A stretch of DNA of 64,000 bases from Anaeramoeba ignava BMAN. Lineage: Eukaryota; Protista; Anaeramoebae. Positions 1 through 11,162 of this stretch are shown here, piece after piece; the stretch's first letter is position 1, and the number at the start of each line of letters is the position of its first letter. Made by a program: the position numbers and the translations under genes. The stretch spans positions 124,001-188,000 of the forward strand of contig JAPDFW010000091.1 of NCBI GenBank assembly GCA_028826165.1, given 5' to 3'. The notes beneath the pieces were generated by a model that was not told where the DNA came from, did not search any database, and saw only the letters and a program-made list of their open reading frames with translations.

Positions 1-184
1 CGTTGGGGTTCGCTCCTTTTTCTAAAAGCATCTTAATCACTTCGTTTTTTCCTTCTTGTACTGCAATGTGTAATGGCGTTTTTCCATCCATCTCGTTCTT
101 CGTGTTTACATCATATCCTTCGTCAAGTAACTTCTTGATTGCTAGATTGTCGTTCCTCCAAATCGCTTCGAAAAATTCATCCAT
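1..184 (-). CDS. Ankyrin-repeat protein, 5' part (runs off the window start)
   Basis: Manual translation from ATG at 184: MDEFFEAIWRNDNLAIKKLLDEGYDVNTKNEMDGKTPLHIAVQEGKNEVIKMLLEKGANPN, with a canonical GxTPLHxA...LLxxGAxxN ankyrin motif; no intron in the visible part. Confidence 0.9.
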   Translation of the reverse strand, partial: MDEFFEAIWRNDNLAIKKLLDEGYDVNTKNEMDGKTPLHIAVQEGKNEVIKMLLEKGANPN

Positions 185-284
185 TTAATTCCCTTTTTGT
201 TTTGATTATTGATTTTTAAAATTGTTGAAAAAAAAATGATTTGGAATTTTGGAAAATAAAAAATTTCTTTCAAAAATTTTGAAA

Positions 285-2255
285 ATTAATTATTAAAATT
301 AATTCTATTTTAATTTATAGTATTTAAATAAATCATTTCTAAATATAATTTTAAAACAAAATATTAATAAATATTAAATTAAAATTAATTTAAAAATTAA
401 TAAAAAATAAATCAAATATTTTCTAAAATAAATTATTAAAATTAATTCTATTTTAATTTATAGTATTTAAATAAATCATCTTTAAATATAATTTTAAAAC
501 AAATTATTAATAAATATTAAATTAAAAATTAATTTAAAAATTAATAAAAAATAAATCAAAATATTTTGAAAATTAATTATTAAAAATAATTCTATTTTAA
601 TTTATAGTATTTAAATAAATCATCTTTAAATATAATTTTAAAAACAAATCATTAATAAATAATAAATTAAAATTAATTTATAAATTAATAAAAATAAATC
701 AAATATTTTCTAAAAGTAAATTAATAAAATTAATTCTATTTTAATTTATAGTATTTCAATAAAACATCTTTAAATATAATTTTAAAACAAATTATTTATA
801 AATAATAAATTAAAATTAATTTAAAAATTAATAAAAATAAATAAAATATTTTCTAAAATAAATTAATAAAATTAATTATATTTTAATTTATAGTATTTAA
901 ATAAATCATTTCTAAATATAATTTTAAAATAAATTATTAATAAATATTAAATTAAAATTAATTTAAAAATTAATAAAAATTAAATCAAATATTTTCTAAA
1001 ATAAATTAATAAAAATAATTCTATTTTTAATTTATATTATTTAAATAAATCATCTTTAAATATAATTTTAAAACAAATTATTAATAAATATTAAATTAAA
1101 ATTAATTTAAAAATTAATAAAAAATAAATAAAATATTTCCTAAAATTAATTATTAAAATTAATTCTATTTTAATTTATAGTATTTAAATAAATCATCTTT
1201 AAATATAATTTTAAAACAAATTATTTATAAATAATAAATTAAAATTAATTTAAAAATTAATAAAAAATAAATCAAATATTTTTGAAAATTAATTATTAAA
1301 AATAATTCTATTTTAATTTATAGTATTTAAATAAATCATCTTTAAATATAATTTTAAAACAAATTATTAATAAATATTAAATTAAAATTAATTTAAAAAT
1401 TAATAAAAAATAAATAAAATATTTTCTAAAAATTAATTAATAAAATTAATTCTATTTTAATTTATAGTATTTAAATAAATCATTTCTAAATATAATTTTA
1501 AAACAAATTATTTATAAATATTAAATTAAAATTAATTTAAAAATTAATAAAAATTAAATCAAATATTTTCTAAAATAAATTAATAAAAATAATTCTATTT
1601 TAATTTTATAGTATTTAAATAAATCATTTCTAAATATAATTTTAAAACAAAATATTTATAAATAATAAATTAAAATTAATTTAAAAATTAATAAAAAATA
1701 AATCAAATATTTTGAAAGTAAATTAATAAAAATAATTCTATTTTAATTTATAGTATTTAAATAAATCATTTCTAAATATAATTTTAAAACAAATTATTAA
1801 TAAATATTAAATTAAAATTAATTTAAAAATTAATAAAAATAAATAAAATATTTCCTAAAATTAATTAATAAAAATAATTCTATTTTAATTTATATTATTT
1901 AAATAAATCATCTTTAAATATAATTTTAAAAAACAAATTATTAATAAATATTAAATTAAAATTAATTTATAAATTAATAAAAAATAAATCAAATATTTTG
2001 AAAATTAATTAATAAAAATAATTCTATTTTAATTTATAGTATTTAAATAAATCATCTTTAAATATAATTTTAAAACAAATTATTTATAAATATTAAATTA
2101 AAATTAATTTAAAAATTAATAAAAAATAAATCAAATATTTTCTAAAATTAATTATTAAAAATAATTATATTTTAATTTATAGTATTTAAATAAATCATCT
2201 TTAAATATAATTTTAAAATAAATTATTTATAAATATTAAATTAAAATTAATTTTT
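285..2255. repeat. AT-rich tandem satellite, ~143-bp unit, ~14 copies
   Basis: Anchor TTTATAGTATTTAAATAAATCAT (or near variant) recurs near 318, 461, 605, 749, 891, 1036, 1178, 1321, 1465, 1609, 1751, 1894, 2037 and 2180. Confidence 0.95.
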
Positions 2256-2283
2256 TTAAATTCATTTTTTTCATTTTTTTTAA

Positions 2284-3843
2284 ATGTCGAAATTCTTTCA
2301 AGATACAAAAGAATTAGGAGAAAATATAATAGAACTTCTTCACAAAAAAACACACTTATCAGATTTTATAATTGAAATAGAAAAAGGAATAAAATTTTAT
2401 TGTCATAAATCAATACTTTATACAAGATCACCATATTTTCAAGGATTATTTGAAACAAACTTAAAAGAAAATCAAGAAGGAATTTTAAAATTAGAAAATG
2501 TGACTCAAAAAGCAATGGAAAAAGTTCTTGAATATATTTATTCAGGTTCAGTTACAATTAATCCAAAAACAGCTTTAGAAGTTATGCTTTTAGCTGATAA
2601 ATTATTAATTATGACTCTTAAAGAATTTGCTCAAAATTTTATTTATAAATCTATTAGTTTGGATAATGTTCTTCAACTTTATGATATTTCTATTCGTTAT
2701 AATTGTGATTTAATTACTCAAAAATCAACTGAATTTATTATTGATAATTTTGATAAAATTGCAATTGAAAGTAAATGTGAAGATTTATCAAAAGTAGGAA
2801 TGAAATCTTTTTTGAAAAGTTCTAGTTTTTCATTTTTGAAAGAAACTGAAATATTAAAATTTTTGATTCGATGGAATAAAAATCAAGAAAATCAAGAAAA
2901 TCAAGAAAATATTCAAAATATTCAAGATATTCAAAATATTCAAGATATTCAAAATATTCAAAATATTCAAAATAATCAAAATATTCAAGATATTCAAAAT
3001 ATTCAAAATGAAAAAAATATTCAAAAAAATGTTAAATCATTTAAACTTTTTCATTATATAAGATTCATAGATTTCAATCCTGATGAACTCTATATATTTA
3101 AAAACTTCATCCCTCATCAATTCTCTTTTGATTTAATGTCTCTTCATTCAGTTTCTCCTTCAATTCAAAAACAAATCTTTCAAACATTTTCAGAAAATCA
3201 AAATCAAAATCCAAAAATCAAAAACTCACTCATTTTCACACCAAGAGTTTTCTTTGAAAAATCAAAAATTTTCACAGATGAAGAAAACAAACATACTAAA
3301 AACTTCTTCATTTACAAACTTCGTGAGTTCGTTCAGAATGATGCCTTTCTAGAAAACTGTGAAATTTGTTTCAGAGGAACAGAGAGTGATTTCTCATCTG
3401 AAAAATTTCATCAAGAATGTGATGGAGTTGGACCAGCTTTGGTCATATATCAAACACCACATAATTTTGTTTATGGAGGATTTACGAGCGTCGGTTGGAA
3501 TAAACCTACTGATTCTTTATTTATCACTGACGAACATTCGTTCCTCTTTTCACTTCAAAACAAAGAAACAAATTTTCCTCCTCAAAAATTTCCTGTTTTC
3601 GAACCTTATCATGCTCTTTTTTATATGGAAAACAGAGGCCCTACTTTCGGTGATTCTAATGGTAAAATTTATAAGAAAATGGCTGAACATTTTACTGGTT
3701 TTGGATATAGTTATTCTACTCCAAAAAATTTTAATTTTGATGTCAAAATTGATTCAGTTTTTTTTGCTGGTTTTGATACTAATTTGCCACTTAAAGAAAT
3801 TGAAGTTTTTGCAATTAAAAACAAAAATGACGACAAGAATTGA
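2284..3843 (+). CDS. BTB/POZ-BACK-TLDc domain protein (519 aa, intronless)
   Basis: BTB (SDFIIEI..FYCHKSILYTRSPYFQGLF..LEYIYSG), BACK-like helices, a QNI repeat, then C-terminal TLDc (FRGTESDFSSEKFHQECDGVGPALVI..YGGFTSVGW..SFLFSL..GPTFG..EIEVF). Confidence 0.92.
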   Translation: MSKFFQDTKELGENIIELLHKKTHLSDFIIEIEKGIKFYCHKSILYTRSPYFQGLFETNLKENQEGILKLENVTQKAMEKVLEYIYSGSVTINPKTALEVMLLADKLLIMTLKEFAQNFIYKSISLDNVLQLYDISIRYNCDLITQKSTEFIIDNFDKIAIESKCEDLSKVGMKSFLKSSSFSFLKETEILKFLIRWNKNQENQENQENIQNIQDIQNIQDIQNIQNIQNNQNIQDIQNIQNEKNIQKNVKSFKLFHYIRFIDFNPDELYIFKNFIPHQFSFDLMSLHSVSPSIQKQIFQTFSENQNQNPKIKNSLIFTPRVFFEKSKIFTDEENKHTKNFFIYKLREFVQNDAFLENCEICFRGTESDFSSEKFHQECDGVGPALVIYQTPHNFVYGGFTSVGWNKPTDSLFITDEHSFLFSLQNKETNFPPQKFPVFEPYHALFYMENRGPTFGDSNGKIYKKMAEHFTGFGYSYSTPKNFNFDVKIDSVFFAGFDTNLPLKEIEVFAIKNKNDDKN

Positions 3844-4019
3844 TTTTCGGTTGAAATTTCACTTTTGGTTTTAATTTGGTTTTAAATGATATTTTTTTTT
3901 ATGAAAGAAAAAAAAGAATTAAAAAGAAAAAATCAAATTTTTTTTTTCATTTTTCATTTTTTTTTTCATTTTTTTCATTTTTCTTCTTTAAAAAAAACCA
4001 AAAAGAAATAAAATAAGGA

Positions 4020-4919
4020 ATGTCAATTAAACAAAATTTATCTGAATCTAAAATTGAATTAGCTTTTCATTTTTTAAATATTGTAAAAAAAAAAACAAAA
4101 TAAATTTCACAAATCAAAAATTAATAAAAAAATAAAAATATATATTTTTTTGCAATAATAAAAATTAAAATGGGAAGTTTGCTTGGTTTTTTCAAATTGG
4201 AGGATTAGGTTTATATTTAAAATGAAAAAATTAAATTGAAAAATTTTAATTTAAATTCTTTTTATCAAATTCAGGTTCTTTTTCATCAAGCATTTCAAAG
4301 CATATTGTTTTGTATTTTTTTTCAACTATTTTTTCTCTACTTATTTCAGTTTCAATGATTATTCTTCGTGCTTTTGATAAACTAACTCCTCAAATCAGAA
4401 AATTATTTAGTTATTTTATTTCAATTATTATAGTATGGACTCTTTATGGAGCTCAAAATATTTATACTTCTTATTGTATTGCTTATCGTGATTCAAATTT
4501 AAAATGTCAAACTTCAAGTCCTGTTTTTGTTTTTGGTGCTACTTTTTCTTTTATTGCTCTTGTTAGTTTTAATTTAGAATCAAAATCAAAATCTAAAATA
4601 ATATTTAAAAATTAAAAATTAAAAATTAAAAATTTAAATTAAATTAAAGATGGGAGTTTTAATTGAAAATGTTCGTATTCAACATGAAGGAATTTATCAA
4701 GGATTTACAACAATTCAACCAACAACTCAAAAAAATGAATCAATTACAGCACAAACTGGACAATATGTTGATGTTTCAAAACAAGAAGATTCACAAATCC
4801 AAAAATTAGATTCACAAACTTCTGATGATGATAATACTTCAGATTCAAAATCAAATGAAAATCAACAAAAAGGTTATCAATCTCAAAACACAGAAATTAA
4901 TCCAGAAAAAAAAGATTAA
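4020..4919 (+). CDS. Hypothetical ~4-TM membrane protein with acidic C-terminal tail (4 exons)
   Basis: Exons 4020-4082, 4178-4208, 4275-4561 and 4650-4919 join in frame through GT-AG introns (MSIKQNLSESKIELAFHFLNI|FAWFFQIGGLG|SFSS...FIAL|MGVLIENV...). Confidence 0.7.
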
Positions 4920-5076
4920 CTTAAATTTCTTTTTTTCTTTTGAAATATTTCTTTTACCAAAAAAAATTTTTCAAAATAAAATCAAATCAAATCAATTTTC
5001 CTTTTGAAATTTTAATTTTGAAATTTGAAATTGAAATGTGAATTTGAATTTTGAAATGTGAATTTTGAAATTTGAA

Positions 5077-8053
5077 TTATTTAATTAATTTTTCGTCTTC
5101 ATGTTGATTTGGATTTGGATTTGGATTTGTTTTGGGATTCGGATTTAAATGTAAATCATCTGAATCAAGGAAATCATCAAAAATTGGTTCTTTAACATTT
5201 TTAAGATTAAGTTCTTTATATCCTCTTCTTTTTAATTCTCTTTTTTTAATATAAACGAAAATTCCAATGAAAATACCAATAACAAAAAGAGGAACAATTA
5301 TTGAAGCTGCAATAATTCCTCCTTTATTCTTACTACTATTACTAACTGTTTTCTTTTGTGTTGTAACTTTAATTGTTGTTATTGGTCCTGAATATTCATC
5401 TGGAAAACAATCTGTTGTTGTTACTGCTTGAATACTAACTGAATATTCAACTCCTCCTTCTAAATCATCATCAACATCAAAATAAGTTGTATCATTTGCT
5501 AAACATTCTTTTGATATATAATATGATATTGAATATCCATTTAATCCTGATGCTAAATTTAATTCATTCCAATTACATTCAAATCCTTCAATTATTCCTA
5601 CACAATTAAATTCTTCTACATATCCTAATCTAGCTTTCATTGTTATATTATTACTTGGTTTTCCTGATAGAATTGAATTACAACTTGTTTCAGAACATGC
5701 TCGAACTTCAACATTATATTCAATATTTCCTGCTATATTGTTGATTTCTCCATATATATTATTTCCACTTGAATTAATTTGACTGAAATTTTTCCATTCA
5801 TTTCCTTCATTAAGTGTTATTTGATATCCTTTCGCAAATTCAACTGAACTTATGTTTAATTTAATTTGTTCAATTCCTGTTTCCCATGAATTAATATTTG
5901 ATGCATTTAATTGTGTTGTTTTGAGTTCGATTGTTGAAATAATTCCACAACCTGTTTCATTATTACATCCTTTAATTGTAATTGTGTAATCCATATTTGA
6001 ATATAATAATGCTGTATTAAGAATTGTTGAATTAATTGAATAATTTTGATAATCATTAAGTTGTGATGATTGTATTGTGAAATTATAATAATTTGGTAGT
6101 TGTGAATTTGTTGGTGGTTTCCATGAACATGAAAGATTGTAAATATTAGAAGTTGAACATGTAAAGTTTGTAACTGGTCCAAATACAGTTGAAGTTGTTT
6201 GTGAAATAATTTCTCCTTGTTCATTTCCTGAACAATTTTCTGTTTGGCATGCCCATATTGAAATTGTATAAAGTGTAAGTGATTCTAAATTACTAAGTTG
6301 ATATGATGTTGAAGAATTGGATACAGAAATATTATTAATCAAATTTGTTTGTGATTGATTGAAATATGAAATAACATAGTGATCTAATTTTGGAATTAAA
6401 TTAATAACAGGAACATCTGGTTGAGACCATGATATATTGATATAATATTGATTTGGATTTAATTGTAAATCTTTAACTGAATCAATTCTTGTTGTAAGAT
6501 TCCAATGTGATGAAGCTGCACCACAAAAATTAGTTGAAATATTACATGCTCTAATTTGAATTGAATATTCAACATTTCCAATTATATTTGGATAATTCGA
6601 AGAATCAAAAATTTCATATAAAATTGAATCATTTAAAGAAGGAGAATTAATATCAATCCAATTTTCTTCATAATAATGATAATTAATCTGATAAGATATT
6701 GTTGATAAATCACCAATTTGATCCCAATAACATTCAAAAGAAGAATATAAAGAAGTACAATTCTCAATATTAACTTGATTTGGCCCAGGAAATCCTTGGA
6801 AAATATAAGCTTTACCAACATCAGAAGTATTCTCAACGGTTGCGCCAATTGCTCCAACAACAATATAATTTTCTGAAATTGAAACACTTGTTCCAAAATA
6901 ATATCCTTGGTTCCCATCACTTGATGTTAAAATTTCAATTTGATTCCAATAGTTACCATCAGATTGGAAAATATAAGCTTTTCCTTGAGAATAATTATTT
7001 CCTACTTTGCTATTATCTGCACTAACAATAACAACACCATTTGATATTGCACTACTTACTCCAAAATTATCTTCTTCGTTTCCATCACTTGCAATTAAAA
7101 TTTGTTGTTGATTCCAATAAGTTCCGTTATTTTGGAAAATATAAGCTTTTCCTTGTGCAAAATTCTCACCAATTGTTGCTTGAGAAGCACCAATTATTGA
7201 ATAATTTTTTTCAATTCCAACACTTGATCCAAAAGTATCATCCTGTTGCCCATCACTTGAGATTAAAATTTGTTGTTGATTCCAATAACTTCCGTTATTT
7301 TTAAAAACATAAACTTTTCCTTGTGTGTAATTATTCCCAACTGCTGATTGAGGAGAACCAACAATTAAAACATCATTATAAACAGCAATACTTAATCCAA
7401 AATTATCATTCGATTTTCCATCACTTGCAATTAAAATTTGTTGTTGATTCCAATAAGTTCCATTATTTTTAAAAACATAAACTTTTCCTTGTGTGTAATT
7501 ATTCCCAACTGCTGCTTGAGGAGAACCAACAATTAAAACATCATTATAAATCGCAACAGTTGCTCCAAAATTATCTTCTTGATTTTCCATCACTTGCAAT
7601 TAAAATTTGTTGTTGATTCCAATAACTTCCGTTATTTTTAAAAACATAAACTTCTCCTTGAAACGTGTTATTATTAACATCAGCTAAAGAAGATCCAAAA
7701 AAAGCAAAATCATTATTAATTGCAACACTTCCTTGGAAAATTGTTCCATTTTGATTGATTTCAATAATTTGTTGTTGATTCCAATTTGTTCTGTTGTTTT
7801 GATAGATATAAGCTTTTCCTGTTACTTGTAAAATTCCTTCTCCATTTTGATGCGATTTATCTTGAGCTGAAAGAATGATTGAATAATTTTCACAAATTTC
7901 AACTTCTCTTCCAAAATAATCACGTGATTCTCCACTTGTTTCTTCCAAAATTTGTTCTTGAGTCCAATCATAATAAATTATATTGGTTTTGATTAAGTTT
8001 AATTGAATTATTAAAAGTAAAAATAGTAAAAGAATTTGCTTATTTTTTTTCAT
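5077..8053 (-). CDS. FG-GAP beta-propeller + fibronectin type III type-I membrane receptor, copy 1 (one apparent frameshift near 7585)
   Basis: ORFs 7571-8053 and 5077-7599 join if one A is removed from GATGGAAAATCAAGAAGAT. Signal peptide, ASDG..DNFG.SVAI....LIVG repeats, FN3-like Cys/Trp modules, TM (IIAASIIVPLFVIGIFIGIFVYI) and short cytoplasmic tail. Confidence 0.85.
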
Positions 8054-8153
8054 TTTCTTTCTTTTTTTTTTTTAATTTTTTTTTTGAGAATGAAGAAAAA
8101 AATGAAATTGAGAAAAAAAAAATTTTATTTGGAAAATTTCTTTCTTTTAAGAT

Positions 8154-11060
8154 TTAAACTAATTTTTGATTTTCAGTTGCATCATTTGAATCAAGGAAAT
8201 CATCAAAAATTGGTTCTTTAACATTTTTAAGATTAAGTTCTTTATATCCTCTTCTTTTTGATTCTCTTTTTTTAATATAGAAAACAATTCCAATTACTAA
8301 TGCAATAACAAAAAGAGGAACAATTATTGAAGCTGCAATAATTCCTCCTTTATTTTTACTACTATTACTAACTGTTTTCTTTTGTGTTGTAACTTTAATT
8401 GTTGTTATTGGTCCTGAATATTCATCTGGAAAACAATCTGTTGTTGTTACTGCTTGAATACTAACTGAATATTCAACTCCTCCTTCTAAATCATCATCAA
8501 CTTCAAAATAAGTTGTATCATTTGCTAAACATTCTTTTGACATATAATATGATAATGAATATCCATTTAATCCTGATGCTAAATTTAATTCATTCCAATT
8601 ACATTCAAATCCTTCAATTATTCCTACACAATTAAATTCTTCTACATATCCTAATCTAGCTTTCATTGTTATATTATTACTTGGTTTTCCTGATAGAATT
8701 GAATTACAACTTGTTTCGGAACATGCTCGAACTTCAACATTATATTCAATATTTCCTGCTATATTGTTGATTTCTCCATATATATTATTTCCACTTGAAT
8801 TAATTTGACTGAAATTTTTCCATTCATTTCCTTCATTAAGTGTTATTTGATATCCTTTCGCAAATTCAACTGAACTTATGTTTAATTTAATTTGTTCAAT
8901 TCCTGTTTCCCATGAATTAATATTTGATGCATTTAATTGTGTTGTTTTGAGTTCGATTGTTGAAATAATTCCACAACCTGTTTCATTATTACATCCTTTA
9001 ATTGTAATTGTGTAATCAATATTCGAATATAATAATGTTGTGTTAAGAATTGTTGAATTAATTGAATAATTTTGATAATCATTAAGTTGTGATGATTGTA
9101 TTGTGAAATTATAATAATTTGGTAATTGTGAATTTGTTGGTGGTTTCCATGAACATGAAAGATTGTAAATATTAGAAGTTGAACATGTAAAGTTTGTAAC
9201 TGGTCCAAATACAGTTGAAGTTGTTTGTGAAATAATTTCTCCTTGTTCATTTCCTGAACAATTTTCTGTTTGGCATGCCCATATTGAAATTGAATAAAGT
9301 GTAAGTGATTCTAAATTGTTAAGTTGATATGATGTTGAAGAATTGGATACAGAAATATTATTAATCAAATTTGTTTGTGATTGATTGAAATATGAAATAA
9401 CATAGTGATCTAATTTTGGAATTAAATTAATAACAGGAACATCTGGTTGAGACCATGATATATTGATATAATATTGATTTGGATTTAATTGTAAATCTTT
9501 AACTGAATCAATTCTTGTTGTAAGATTCCAAGGTAATGAAGCTGCACCACAAAAATTAGTTGAAATATTACATGCTCTAATTTGAATTGAATATTCAACA
9601 TTTCCAATTATATTTGGATAATTCAAAGAATCAAAAATTTCATATAAAATTGAACCATTTAAAGAAGGAGAATTAATATCAATCCAATTTTCTTCATAAT
9701 AATGATAATTAATCTGATAAGATATTGTTGATAAATCACCAATTTGATCCCAATAACATTCAAAAGAAGAATATAAAGAAGTACAATTCTCAATATTAAC
9801 TTGATTTGGTTCAGGAAATCCTTGGAAAATATAAGCTTTACCAACATAAAGAGTATTTCCAAGACTTGCATCAGGAGCACCAACAACAATATAATTTTCT
9901 GAAATTGAAACACTTGTTCCAAAAAGCTCTCCGTATAAAGTGTCATTAGGACTTATAATTTGGAGTTGATTCCAATAGATACCATCAGATTGGAAAATAT
10001 AAGCTTTTCCTTGACTCATATATTTTCCGACTGCAGCATTATAAGCACCAATAATAACAACACCATTTGATATTGCACTACTTACTCCAAAATTATCACT
10101 AGATTCGCCATCACTTGCAATTAAAATTTGTTGTTGATTCCAATAAGTTCCGTTATTTTGGAAAATATAAGCTTTTCCTTGTGCAAAATTCTCATCAACT
10201 GTTGCCCCAAAAGCACCAATTATTGAATAATTTTTTTCAATTCCAACACTTGTGCCAAAAGTATCATCCTGTTGCCCATCACTTGAGACTAAAATTTGTT
10301 GTTGATTCCAATAAGTTCCGTTATTTTTAAAAACATAGACTTTTCCCTGTTCGGAATTATTCCCAACTGCTGCTTGAGGAGAACCAACAATTAAAACATC
10401 ATTATAAATTGCAACACTTGCTCCAAAATTATCATTTGGATTTCCATCACTTGCAATTAAAATTTGTAATTCGTTCCAATAAGTTCCGTTATTTTTAAAA
10501 ACATAAACTTTTCCTTGCTCTGAATTATTCCCAACTGTTGATTGAGGAGAACCAACAATTAAAACATCATTATAAACAGCAATACTTAATCCAAAATTAT
10601 CATTTGATTTTCCATCACTAGCAATTAAATTTTGGGATTGGTTCCAATAACTTCCGTTATTTTTAAAAACATAAACTTTTCCTTGAAACGTATTATTATT
10701 CACAGTTGCCTGAGAGGCTCCAACAAAAGCAAAATCATTATTAATTGCAACACAAGAAGCAAAAAATTCTGAAACATTTGAATTTTGAGGAGAAATTTCT
10801 TGTAAATAATTCCAATTTGTTCCGTTGTTTTGATAGATATAAGCTTTTCCTTGATCGGATATGTTGTTAATTGTTGCTTTGTAGGCTCCAATAATGCAGT
10901 AATTTTTGGCTAAATAAGAACTGAATCCAAAATAGTAAAATTCATTCCCATCCGTTGGTATTAATTCAACTTGTTTTTCCCATTCATAATATGTAGCTTT
11001 TGCAGAAAAAAACAAGAGTGTTAAAAATATTAAGATTGATTTGGGAAAAATTGAAATCAT
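8154..11060 (-). CDS. FG-GAP beta-propeller + fibronectin type III type-I membrane receptor, copy 2 (968 aa, intronless)
   Basis: Signal peptide, about 7 FG-GAP-type repeats, several FN3-like domains, TM helix, tail KKRESKRRGYKEL...DDFL. Tandem paralogue of 5077-8053. Confidence 0.9.
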   Translation of the reverse strand: MISIFPKSILIFLTLLFFSAKATYYEWEKQVELIPTDGNEFYYFGFSSYLAKNYCIIGAYKATINNISDQGKAYIYQNNGTNWNYLQEISPQNSNVSEFFASCVAINNDFAFVGASQATVNNNTFQGKVYVFKNNGSYWNQSQNLIASDGKSNDNFGLSIAVYNDVLIVGSPQSTVGNNSEQGKVYVFKNNGTYWNELQILIASDGNPNDNFGASVAIYNDVLIVGSPQAAVGNNSEQGKVYVFKNNGTYWNQQQILVSSDGQQDDTFGTSVGIEKNYSIIGAFGATVDENFAQGKAYIFQNNGTYWNQQQILIASDGESSDNFGVSSAISNGVVIIGAYNAAVGKYMSQGKAYIFQSDGIYWNQLQIISPNDTLYGELFGTSVSISENYIVVGAPDASLGNTLYVGKAYIFQGFPEPNQVNIENCTSLYSSFECYWDQIGDLSTISYQINYHYYEENWIDINSPSLNGSILYEIFDSLNYPNIIGNVEYSIQIRACNISTNFCGAASLPWNLTTRIDSVKDLQLNPNQYYINISWSQPDVPVINLIPKLDHYVISYFNQSQTNLINNISVSNSSTSYQLNNLESLTLYSISIWACQTENCSGNEQGEIISQTTSTVFGPVTNFTCSTSNIYNLSCSWKPPTNSQLPNYYNFTIQSSQLNDYQNYSINSTILNTTLLYSNIDYTITIKGCNNETGCGIISTIELKTTQLNASNINSWETGIEQIKLNISSVEFAKGYQITLNEGNEWKNFSQINSSGNNIYGEINNIAGNIEYNVEVRACSETSCNSILSGKPSNNITMKARLGYVEEFNCVGIIEGFECNWNELNLASGLNGYSLSYYMSKECLANDTTYFEVDDDLEGGVEYSVSIQAVTTTDCFPDEYSGPITTIKVTTQKKTVSNSSKNKGGIIAASIIVPLFVIALVIGIVFYIKKRESKRRGYKELNLKNVKEPIFDDFLDSNDATENQKLV

Positions 11061-11162
11061 TTTATTTATTTTTATTAAAAGAAAAAAATGAAAATGAAAA
11101 AAAAAATTATTTTTTTAAAATAAAAATTAATCATTTTTTTTCTTTTATTTAAAATAAATAAA

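Noticed and set aside
3-188. Plus-strand 61-aa ORF
   Set aside because: Antisense shadow of the ankyrin gene on the minus strand.
285-2255. CRISPR-like periodicity in this array and those at 27440-28545 and 50330-52722
   Set aside because: Whole units repeat with no unique spacers, no cas genes, eukaryotic context.
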